Positions 7,459 to 15,345 of a DNA stretch of 24,000 nucleotides are shown piece after piece. A program made the translations under genes and the position numbers. Source of the DNA: an uncultured Rickettsiales bacterium. GTDB taxonomy: Bacteria > Pseudomonadota > Alphaproteobacteria > WRAU01 > CAYYLE01. Position 1 is the stretch's first letter. Each line of letters begins with the position of its first letter. The notes beneath the pieces were generated by a model. That model made no database searches, was not told where the DNA came from, and saw only the letters and a list, made by a program, of their open reading frames with translations. The stretch lies in the NCBI GenBank assembly GCA_964472375.1, contig CAYYLE010000010.1, positions 2,421-26,420 of the forward strand, written 5' to 3'.

Positions 7459-8742
7459 TTAAAACAAACTAGGTAAAGCCAGAATGTTTACTAAAATACC
7501 CGTAAAAATTGCTGCAACAGGTCCTATTACCATTTCAACAAGAGGTTTTTTAACTATTTTGTTAAATGTATACAAAGTAACTAAAACAAAAATACCAATA
7601 TTAGGGTCAATTTGGTAGCAAGCCATTGCACCACCTGCAAGTAGTGATATTTCTAAAACTTTATTGGTTGCTGTTCTTATATAATCACCACATTTTCTTA
7701 CCCCTGGTGATTTATCTAAAACAACTGCAATTTTGTTTAATAGCAAAACCTCGCAAGCTATTGCTACTGCACCTGCAAAAAATGCTAAAATTGGTTGGTC
7801 AATCAATAAAAGACCAACTACAAAAACTATTTTCATACCAGAAGGTGAATAAACCCCCGTTGCAATTGCTGTTGTAGCCACAAGAGGTATAAAGCCCAAA
7901 GCCCTTGCAAAAGATGCTAAAGTAGCCTCGCTATATTTACCATCGCTAAGTAAAGCTTGTGATATTGGACCTTCTGCCATAATAACAAGAGAAGAAGCAA
8001 CAGCAACAAAGCCACCTGTAATTGCTAAAAGCAAAATGTTTGACTTTATGCGTTTAACTCTTTCAGAAAATATCTGCAAAAGCTGTTGGTTGCTGTTTTG
8101 GTTGTCTGTATTTTTTTCTCTTATTGCTATTGCAAGCATAACAACCATACCAAAAGCTAAAGACATTCCAATAGGCTCTAAAGTAACCTTATAAGATGCA
8201 ACTTCAAAACTACCTAACATTTTTAAGCTCTGGTAAAATAAAGCTGTTGCAATTGCAAGTGCAAATCCCTTAAAAGAGCCATAAACACCACCAATAACCA
8301 AAGCAGGGAATACTGCAAAACCAATCATTACAGGTTTACCGATTAAAGCCATTGCAGGTAAAAAATCAATCGGTAGCAGGGCAAAAATATCAACAACTAT
8401 TTCTAACCCTTTTAAAATAGCATAACCAAAAACACCACCTGTTACAAAAGATGCTAAAGACCCCTTATTGTTATTGGGAAAAAAAGTTCCTATAATATCT
8501 GTACCAAGCAAAATACTATGCACAAGCAATACTTTTGTTGCAATAGATATTGGTATACCAAAACCAATAAGTAACCCAAAACTCATTGCAAAAGATGTTG
8601 TAGCAAGGCTTGCTTTGTTTATTCTACCTTCTACAAACTCTGGAATTATCGGTCTTAAACCATCATTAAAAACTGCTATATTTTTGTTTGCAAGCAAGCT
8701 TGAAAAACTTGCCACTAATATTATTGCTATATAAGGTAACAT
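7459..8742 (-). CDS. yhfT: YhfT-like polytopic inner-membrane permease
   Basis: 427 aa and highly hydrophobic, with roughly 10-12 predicted TM stretches. N-terminal 'AVFNDGLRPIIPEFVEGRINK' matches E. coli YhfT 'AVFHDGIRPILPQLIEGYMNR'. 'GFIPLVATTAIATGVY' is also shared. Confidence 0.8.
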   Translation of the reverse strand: MLPYIAIILVASFSSLLANKNIAVFNDGLRPIIPEFVEGRINKASLATTSFAMSFGLLIGFGIPISIATKVLLVHSILLGTDIIGTFFPNNNKGSLASFVTGGVFGYAILKGLEIVVDIFALLPIDFLPAMALIGKPVMIGFAVFPALVIGGVYGSFKGFALAIATALFYQSLKMLGSFEVASYKVTLEPIGMSLAFGMVVMLAIAIREKNTDNQNSNQQLLQIFSERVKRIKSNILLLAITGGFVAVASSLVIMAEGPISQALLSDGKYSEATLASFARALGFIPLVATTAIATGVYSPSGMKIVFVVGLLLIDQPILAFFAGAVAIACEVLLLNKIAVVLDKSPGVRKCGDYIRTATNKVLEISLLAGGAMACYQIDPNIGIFVLVTLYTFNKIVKKPLVEMVIGPVAAIFTGILVNILALPSLF

Positions 8743-8760
8743 GTTAAGACCTGTGTTTTT

Positions 8761-9123
8761 TTACAATGTATTATTAATCAGCCTTATAACAATAGGAACA
8801 ATAAAATCACTTGACTGTGCTACAAAACCAAAAGCTTTTTTGCCTTCATTAAATACTTTTGTTATTTCTTCTTCATTCATTGTATTGCCAGGTGATGCAA
8901 GCGTTATACAGCTTTCTACACCAACAAGTGCAATAGGCATTGCCAAAGCACCGCCTCCGCCTGTCATACACGCACCTAGATAGTAATCAACCTCATTATT
9001 TTTTAGTGCCATTGCTCCTTCAAGGTCTGACATTACTTGAAACTCAATGCTAGAATGTGCATACTTTTTTGCTATTTCTAGCACTTTTTCTTTTTCTATC
9101 TGCCCTGCTATTGCTATTTTCAT
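8761..9123 (-). CDS. yhfU: YhfU-like DUF2620 protein
   Basis: 120 aa (E. coli YhfU is about 117 aa). 'MKIAIAGQ...', 'DLEGAMALKNNEVDYYLGACMTGGGGALAMPIAL' matches the family 'D.EAAM.VK.G.LDYYIGAC.TG.G.AL'. Its ATG shares one nucleotide with the yhfY stop (TAATG). Confidence 0.75.
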   Translation of the reverse strand: MKIAIAGQIEKEKVLEIAKKYAHSSIEFQVMSDLEGAMALKNNEVDYYLGACMTGGGGALAMPIALVGVESCITLASPGNTMNEEEITKVFNEGKKAFGFVAQSSDFIVPIVIRLINNTL

Positions 9124-9491
9124 TAAGCTACTCCTTCATTTTCTAATACTAAAGATGAAAGGTATATTAAAACATACTCTTTCTCTCCTTTATCAAACTC
9201 TAAACCTATAACTTGCTCTACTTTTTTTAGCTCTTTTTCTGCTGTTTTTAGTGTTTTTTCATCAAGCTCTTGCAAAATATCTGCCACATCTAAAGTTTCT
9301 GCTTTGTTTTCTTTTATTCTTTGCAAAGCTTTTGCAAGGTGGATAAAAAACATAGACCCTGCACTTTCTTCTACCTTAAACCCTTGGTTTTTAAACATTT
9401 CTACTGTTTTTAAAACATCTTCAAAGGTCTTATCATCTATTTGGTTGCTATCTTTTAGAAGTGAAATCTTACCTTTTAAGTCTAAGTTCAT
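9123..9491 (-). CDS. yhfY: YhfY-like stand-alone PRD-domain protein
   Basis: 122 aa (E. coli YhfY is about 120 aa). It is helical, with the PRD-type 'FFIHLAKALQRIKENK' histidine context. An AGGTGA Shine-Dalgarno lies 6-7 nt upstream of the ATG. Confidence 0.7.
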   Translation of the reverse strand: MNLDLKGKISLLKDSNQIDDKTFEDVLKTVEMFKNQGFKVEESAGSMFFIHLAKALQRIKENKAETLDVADILQELDEKTLKTAEKELKKVEQVIGLEFDKGEKEYVLIYLSSLVLENEGVA

Positions 9492-9506
9492 TTATTTATC
9501 ACCTAC

Positions 9507-10424
9507 TTAATATTCAGGAATTATTTGACCACTAACAACCTTTTGCTGGTAAGCAATAACCTCTTTACTATCAATTGCCATTTTAAGTATTGTTTTTAAT
9601 AAAGTATTATCCCTGTGAACAACAAGGGCTGCTTCTGTAAAGTCTGTATTGTATGTTATATCTTCAAGAATTATTTTATTTTCATCTATACCTGCAATTG
9701 CAGATTGCTGAAAACTCCAAACTGTTGCATCTATTGTAGAAGAACGCAATGAGTCTAGAATTTTGTAAGAGCTTAAGTTTTTGTATGTAATTTTTTTATC
9801 TTTAAAGCTATCATGCTCAGTAAGTTTAGCAACAAGTAGCTTATGGTCTTGCGACATAATATCAACACCCATTGTAATATTTTGTTTTTCAAGACAATCT
9901 TTATTATAAATAGCCATATGCTTTTGTACATAAGAGCCTTTACCAAAACTTTTAACAACTTCTAATTTACTTTCTTTATCACTTTTTAGGTAGGTATCTA
10001 TTGCATGTTTAGATACTATTGTAAAGTCATATATTCTGTCTTCTGTTCGCAAAAGCCTGTTTAAAGCCCCTCTTGTATAAGCAAAAGATGCCCTTGTATA
10101 GTTGTGCAACATTGCAATTATAGAGCTTGCTAAACCTTCATAAAGCTTTGAGTAAGGCAAAGGCATAGAACCTAAAATATGGTTGATTTCTGCATATTCT
10201 AAAAGCTTACTATAGTCAATGGTATCTATAAATGTTCCTGTTTGCCCCTTAGAAACAAAAGAAACAACACCTTCTTGCTCTAGTAGTTTTATGGCTCTTT
10301 GAACAATTCCACGCGAACTACCTGCTAAAATGCAGTATTCATCTACTGTTTTTATTCTATCGTTTTGATTATAAATAAATAAGTCTTGTGCTATTTGCTT
10401 AACAACTTTTTGTGTTTTATTCAT
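9507..10424 (-). CDS. yhfZ: YhfZ-like transcriptional regulator (N-terminal GntR-type winged HTH plus C-terminal YhfZ/periplasmic-binding-like domain)
   Basis: 305 aa (E. coli YhfZ is about 301 aa). 'IKTVDEYCILAGSSRGIVQRAIKLLEQEGVVSFVSKGQTGTFI' is a typical GntR-like wHTH. It is the first gene of the eight-gene operon, immediately downstream of the promoter/operator candidate. Confidence 0.75.
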   Translation of the reverse strand: MNKTQKVVKQIAQDLFIYNQNDRIKTVDEYCILAGSSRGIVQRAIKLLEQEGVVSFVSKGQTGTFIDTIDYSKLLEYAEINHILGSMPLPYSKLYEGLASSIIAMLHNYTRASFAYTRGALNRLLRTEDRIYDFTIVSKHAIDTYLKSDKESKLEVVKSFGKGSYVQKHMAIYNKDCLEKQNITMGVDIMSQDHKLLVAKLTEHDSFKDKKITYKNLSSYKILDSLRSSTIDATVWSFQQSAIAGIDENKIILEDITYNTDFTEAALVVHRDNTLLKTILKMAIDSKEVIAYQQKVVSGQIIPEY

Positions 10425-10450
10425 ATCTCTTGTTTTTTTAGATAAAAGTA

Positions 10451-10464
10451 TACAATATATTGTA
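10451..10464. promoter_or_regulatory. Perfect 14-bp palindrome TACAATATATTGTA, candidate operator of the yhf operon
   Basis: TACAATATATTGTA equals its own reverse complement. It is flanked by the related hexamers GTATAC (10448-10453), TGTACA (10461-10466) and TATACA (10471-10476). It lies 27-40 nt upstream of the yhfZ ATG, just downstream of a consensus -10 box. Confidence 0.4.
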
Positions 10465-10468
10465 CATT

Positions 10469-10474
10469 ATTATA
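10469..10474 (-). promoter_or_regulatory. Consensus -10 hexamer (TATAAT on the minus strand) for the yhfZ operon
   Basis: The minus strand reads ...TAGTTGgctatttgaggtatttgTATAATaatgtacaatatattgta... This is a perfect TATAAT with a weak -35 (TAGTTG) at 17-nt spacing. In an AT-rich genome a TATAAT can occur by chance. Confidence 0.35.
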
Positions 10475-10532
10475 CAAATACCTCAAATAGCCAACTATTT
10501 TTTCATAAGTTTTACTAAAAGCTAAAAAGTCT

Positions 10533-12902
10533 TTACTTTCTCTTTTTGTGAAACTTACCTGACTTACTTGTTTTTTTAAATTGTTTTCCTCTTCCTTCTT
10601 TGCTTTTTCCTCTAAAAGAGTGACCTTTATTAGCATGCCTACTAAAAGGTACAAAATCAACAGCTGGGTAAAAAGCAATTAACCCTCTTAAAACATCAAC
10701 TTCTGCTATTTTAACTTCAATTTTATCACCTAGTTCATACCTTTGCTTGGTGTGAGAGCCTTTTAAAACCCCTCTTCTACCGTCAAAGATAAAATCATCA
10801 TGGTTTAAAAACCTCATTGGCACTAAACCTTTAACAAAATAATTATCTAAAAGCACAAAAATACCTGACTTTGTAACCGATGTTATTTTTGCAGTGTAGA
10901 TTTTATTTTCTTTTACTTCTTTTTCAAAATGCTTTGCTATTATTCTATCTATGCTGTTGTATTCTGCACTTGCAGCCCTACGCTCTTTTGCAGAAATATC
11001 TTTAGCAATATCAACAATATCTTTGTTTTTGGCAAAATCTTTTTTGGCTAAAATATCTTTAATAATTCGGTGAACAATAAGATCTGAATATCTTCTAATA
11101 GGAGAAGTAAAGTGTGCATAGTCTTTTAACGCTAGCCCAAAATGACCTATGTTTTCGTTTGAGTATTTAGCTTGCGATTGTGTTTGTAAAATTGACTTAT
11201 AAACCAAATCTTTGTTTTCATTATGCTTAAAATCATCAATAATTTTATTAAAAAAACTACCATTAATCTTATTTTTAGTATCTAGTTTATATTTAAAGTG
11301 CTTTAAAGTCTCTTTTAATTGAATTATCTTAGCAAAATCAGGCTTTGCATGAATACGAAACACAGCATTATCAGTAAAACCATTTTCTTGAATAAACAAA
11401 GCAGCACAAACATTTGCCAAAACCATAAATTCTTCAATAATTTTATTGCTGGTTTTAGAATAAACCCTTTGTATTTGGGTTATATTCTCATTTTCATCCA
11501 TTAATATTTTAGTTTCTGGTAGGTCAATTTTTAAAGCCCCACGCAAAATACTACTTTTGTGCAAAACCTTAAAACACTCATGCAAATTCGCTATAAGCTC
11601 TTGAATATTTTCATCTATGCCTTCCCTATTACCTTCTTCTATAAAAGATTGTACCTTTTTATAGGTTAAACGAGCATGAGACCTTATTAAAGCATTTGTA
11701 AAGTTGTATTTTAAAATATCACCTTTGCCGTTTATATAAATATGTAAAGCAATGGCTTTTCTTTCCTTATTAGGAACCAAAGAACATAGGTTGTTAGAAA
11801 GCAAAGGAGGAAGCATAGGCACAACCATATTAGGCAAATAAACTGAGTTTGCTCTTAATAGTGCTTCTTTATCTAGTGCTGAATTTTTCTTTACATAGTG
11901 TGCAACGTCTGCAATTGCTACAATAATATGAAAGCAATTTTTGTGGTTTTTATCTTCATAAGGCTTGCAATATACAGCATCGTCAAAGTCTTTTGAATCA
12001 TCACCATCTATTGTTACAAGAGGGATATTTGTTAAATCTTCACGATTTTGTGTTGCATCATGTTCTTTTATTAAAGTTGTTTCTTTTAAAACATCTTCAG
12101 GGAACTCAATAGGTATGTGAAGCTCTTTTAAGCTTAAAAGGCTTAAAGATAGTAAATCATTTTCTTTATGCACAAGTTGTATAAAATCAGCTTGGCTATT
12201 TTCATGTAAGATACTATCTTCACTTAAAGGGTTGGTAAACTTTACAATATCGCCTTCTTTTACATACTCTGGCACAGAATAAACAGTAAAGCTTTTTCTA
12301 ACCCCAAAAGTTATGCTTTTAACAAGGGCTTTATTTTCACCTTCAAGGCTTGTTACCCTACCTGTTATAACATTTTTGTTGTTAATATCATCAACTGTTA
12401 TATCTTCAATTGCTTTTTTATTTAGCTTGTATTCTTCTAAAGGGCTTTGATTTTGCACTAGTTTTTTTAAAGTTGGTGCATTAACTATTATTTTACTACC
12501 TTCAACTTTAACAATTCTTACTACAAGGTCTTTGTTTAAATAGTCTTTAGAGTAGTTTTCAAGCACTATTTCAGCATCTTTAAAAACCTTACTAGCTTTT
12601 TTGGTAGTTATTTGGCAATAAGGCTTACCTTGTTTGTTTAAAAGCACCTTTACTTTAAGGTTTTTAGGCAAAGATTTTGTGCTGTTAAACTCAAGGTCAT
12701 TAATTTGGTAAATTTTACCGATTTTAAATATACTTTTGTCTTTTACTAGTTTTTTAAGCTTTCTTCTTACATGGTGCTTTTGGCTTAACTCAATCTTAAA
12801 ATTACTTAAAATAGCACTTAAAGTTGCCTGATTTTTATTGCTTTTAATAAAGTCTAAAATAGCTTTACTTTCAGGCAGGTTTTTGTTTTCTAGCTCACTC
12901 AT
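10533..12902 (-). CDS. rnr: Ribonuclease R (3'-5' exoribonuclease, RNB family)
   Basis: 789 aa. RNB-domain blocks 'TIDGDDSKDFDDAVY', 'VAIADVAHYV', 'SVYLPNMVVPMLP' and 'HFGLALKDYAHFTSPIRRYSDLIVHR'. A C-terminal S1-like domain is followed by a lysine/arginine-rich tail. Confidence 0.92.
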   Translation of the reverse strand: MSELENKNLPESKAILDFIKSNKNQATLSAILSNFKIELSQKHHVRRKLKKLVKDKSIFKIGKIYQINDLEFNSTKSLPKNLKVKVLLNKQGKPYCQITTKKASKVFKDAEIVLENYSKDYLNKDLVVRIVKVEGSKIIVNAPTLKKLVQNQSPLEEYKLNKKAIEDITVDDINNKNVITGRVTSLEGENKALVKSITFGVRKSFTVYSVPEYVKEGDIVKFTNPLSEDSILHENSQADFIQLVHKENDLLSLSLLSLKELHIPIEFPEDVLKETTLIKEHDATQNREDLTNIPLVTIDGDDSKDFDDAVYCKPYEDKNHKNCFHIIVAIADVAHYVKKNSALDKEALLRANSVYLPNMVVPMLPPLLSNNLCSLVPNKERKAIALHIYINGKGDILKYNFTNALIRSHARLTYKKVQSFIEEGNREGIDENIQELIANLHECFKVLHKSSILRGALKIDLPETKILMDENENITQIQRVYSKTSNKIIEEFMVLANVCAALFIQENGFTDNAVFRIHAKPDFAKIIQLKETLKHFKYKLDTKNKINGSFFNKIIDDFKHNENKDLVYKSILQTQSQAKYSNENIGHFGLALKDYAHFTSPIRRYSDLIVHRIIKDILAKKDFAKNKDIVDIAKDISAKERRAASAEYNSIDRIIAKHFEKEVKENKIYTAKITSVTKSGIFVLLDNYFVKGLVPMRFLNHDDFIFDGRRGVLKGSHTKQRYELGDKIEVKIAEVDVLRGLIAFYPAVDFVPFSRHANKGHSFRGKSKEGRGKQFKKTSKSGKFHKKRK

Positions 12903-12922
12903 AAGTGCCTTTCTTTTGTTTT

Positions 12923-15334
12923 TTAAGTTTTCTTAATCTTTTTATCAATCAAGGCAATAGCTTCTTCAAGGGTTATTTTAAAAGGGTCATATTCTTTTAC
13001 AACTCTAATATTAACACCATCAAAAGGAATATAAGCACCAAAGCGACCAAACTTTATAGCAACATCTTTTCTTTTATACTTACCTAGCTTAATGCCTTCT
13101 TTTTTAATACGGTTTTGCTCTATTGCTTCTATTGCACTTTCTTTATTTACTGTAAAAATATCTTGCTTGTATGATACAAAATCACTACCGTGTTTTAAGT
13201 AAGGACCAAAGCGACCAATTGAAAGTGAAACATCTTTACCTTCATAATCTGTAACATGGTAAGGTAGCTTTAATAAAAAATAAACTTTAGAAGCATCTAA
13301 AGAGCCAACCTCAATACCATCTGGAATTGAAACCTTCTTCATTTTACCTTCGTGCATACCTTCTATATAGTATCCATAAGGTCCTTTTTTTACCTTTATA
13401 TTATCGTCTAAACTATCGTTTATAGAAAGGCTATCTTCCCCTTGCTCATCACTATTTGTGTTAAAGCTAGAAACATAATTACAATCAGGGTAATTAGAGC
13501 AACCAATAAAACCACCAAACTTACTTGTTTTAATTACAAGGTTACCATCTTTACAAGTTGGGCAATTTCTATCTTCTCCTATTAAAAGGTCAGATAAACA
13601 CTCTGTAAGCCTATCTGCAACAGCTAAAGGACTTAGTTCTTTTGCAGTTTCAACATTTTCATTAAATTCAGTCCAAAAGTCTTTAAGCATTTCAATTTGG
13701 CTTGCTTGCCCGTTTGATACACTATCAAGCCTATCCTCCATATCAGAGGTAAAAGTATATTCTACATATTTTGTAAAAAATGCCATTAAAAATTCAGATA
13801 ACAAAATCCCTCTATCTTCTGGCACAAGCTGTTTATTGGTCAGCTTTACATACTCCCTTGCTTGCAATACAGCAATAATAGGAGCATAGGTTGATGGTCT
13901 TCCTATTCCTAGTTCTTCTAGTTTTTTAATCAAACTTGCTTCGTTGTATCTAGGTGGGGCTTGAGTAAAGTGCTTTGTTCCCTCAAAGTCAACTGATTTT
14001 AACTCTTGCCCAATTTCAAGCTCTGGTAATATATTTTCAACAAGGTTATCTTGACCATATAAAATACTAAAGCCTTTAAAAGCAATTGTAGAACCACTTT
14101 TATAAAATTCTATTTTAGAATCATCATTTGCAATATGTAACCCAACTAAGTTATATTTTATTGCACTCATTTGGCAAGCAAGTGTTCTATTCCAAATTAA
14201 TGTATATAATTTTAGTTGCTCTGATGTTAGGTAGTTTTTTACCTTTTCAGGGCTGTTTTCCATAGAGGTTGGTCGTATTGCTTCGTGTGCCTCTTGTGCA
14301 TTTTTTGTTTTTCTTTTGTATAAAACAGGCTTATCAGTTAAATATTCTTTGGTGTATTTTTTACCTATATAATCTCTTAAAGAGTGCAAAAAGCTACCTT
14401 CAAGGTCTGTTCCATCTGTTCTCATATAAGTTATTAAACCAACGGTTTCTTTCCCTAGTGATATCCCCTCATAAAGCTTTTGTGCAACTTGCATTGTTTG
14501 CCTTGTGCTAAAAGATAGCTTTCTTGCTGCATCTTGTTGCAAAGTTGAGGTTATATAAGGAGGGTAAGGTTTTCTTGAGCTTACTTTTTTAACAATATCT
14601 TTAACTTTAAACGATTGTTTTTTAATCTTGCTTAAAATATCGTTGCATTGTTTTTCGTTTTCAATATCAAGCTTTTGTAGTTTATTGCCATTAAATATTG
14701 TTAGGTCTGATAATATTTCTTCTTTTTTTGCTGTTTCAAAAGCACCTACAACTTGCCAATACTCTTGATTTACAAAGCTTTTAATTTCTTTTTCACGCTC
14801 TGTTATAAGCTTTAATGCAACTGATTGCACCCTACCAGCCGAGCGCGCACCTGGAAGCTTTCTCCATAAAACTGGTGATATTCCATAACCAACTAAATAA
14901 TCAAGTGCTGTTCTGCCTAAATATGCATTTACAAGGTTATCGTTTAAATCTCTTGGGTTTTCAAAAGCTTTAAGAACGCTATCTTTAGTAATAGAAGTAA
15001 AAGTAACCCTTTTAACAGGTTTTTTAGCAAGTAATTTTTTATCTTTTAAATAATTAATAATATGCCAAGAAATAGCCTCTCCTTCCCTATCAGGGTCGGT
15101 TGCAAGTATTAATTCATCACATTTTTTAACCCACTCAACTATTGGTTTGGTGTGTTTTTTCCCCTGTGGAGTAAGCTCCCACTTCATTGCAAACTTATTT
15201 TCAACATCAATAGAGCCACTTTTAGAAACAAGCTTTCTAATATGCCCATAACTTGCAATCACCTTGTAATCTTTACCAAGGTACTTGTTAATAGTTTTTG
15301 ACTTAGCAGGTGATTCAACTATTACTAACTTCAT
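12923..15334 (-). CDS. topA: DNA topoisomerase I (type IA)
   Basis: 803 aa. TOPRIM 'MKLVIVESPAKSKTINKYLG' and 'LATDPDREGEAISWH'. Active-site region 'GLITYMRTDGT' and 'SAGRVQSVALKLI'. C-terminal Zn-ribbon 'CPTCKDGNLV...GCSNYPDCNY'. Confidence 0.95.
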   Translation of the reverse strand: MKLVIVESPAKSKTINKYLGKDYKVIASYGHIRKLVSKSGSIDVENKFAMKWELTPQGKKHTKPIVEWVKKCDELILATDPDREGEAISWHIINYLKDKKLLAKKPVKRVTFTSITKDSVLKAFENPRDLNDNLVNAYLGRTALDYLVGYGISPVLWRKLPGARSAGRVQSVALKLITEREKEIKSFVNQEYWQVVGAFETAKKEEILSDLTIFNGNKLQKLDIENEKQCNDILSKIKKQSFKVKDIVKKVSSRKPYPPYITSTLQQDAARKLSFSTRQTMQVAQKLYEGISLGKETVGLITYMRTDGTDLEGSFLHSLRDYIGKKYTKEYLTDKPVLYKRKTKNAQEAHEAIRPTSMENSPEKVKNYLTSEQLKLYTLIWNRTLACQMSAIKYNLVGLHIANDDSKIEFYKSGSTIAFKGFSILYGQDNLVENILPELEIGQELKSVDFEGTKHFTQAPPRYNEASLIKKLEELGIGRPSTYAPIIAVLQAREYVKLTNKQLVPEDRGILLSEFLMAFFTKYVEYTFTSDMEDRLDSVSNGQASQIEMLKDFWTEFNENVETAKELSPLAVADRLTECLSDLLIGEDRNCPTCKDGNLVIKTSKFGGFIGCSNYPDCNYVSSFNTNSDEQGEDSLSINDSLDDNIKVKKGPYGYYIEGMHEGKMKKVSIPDGIEVGSLDASKVYFLLKLPYHVTDYEGKDVSLSIGRFGPYLKHGSDFVSYKQDIFTVNKESAIEAIEQNRIKKEGIKLGKYKRKDVAIKFGRFGAYIPFDGVNIRVVKEYDPFKITLEEAIALIDKKIKKT

Positions 15335-15345
15335 CTTGCTTCCTA

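Noticed and set aside
3039-10424. Calling the yhf block a recent genomic island on compositional grounds
   Set aside because: Spot GC counts of individual 60-nt lines inside (about 30%) and outside (about 32%) the block are indistinguishable, and there are no flanking tRNA, integrase or repeat signatures. A proper windowed GC/codon analysis is needed, so no recent-HGT claim can be made from what I can see.
10421-10678. 85-aa minus-strand ORF spanning the rnr 3' end and the rnr-yhfZ spacer, whose TGA overlaps the yhfZ ATG (ATGA)
   Set aside because: - Its first 49 codons are an alternative frame of the well-supported RNase R C-terminal tail.
- It has no recognisable domain and an Ile/Tyr/Leu/Lys-rich composition typical of AT-rich out-of-frame translation.
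- There is no internal Met in the spacer part that could start a leader peptide.
- The ATGA overlap is most likely coincidental.
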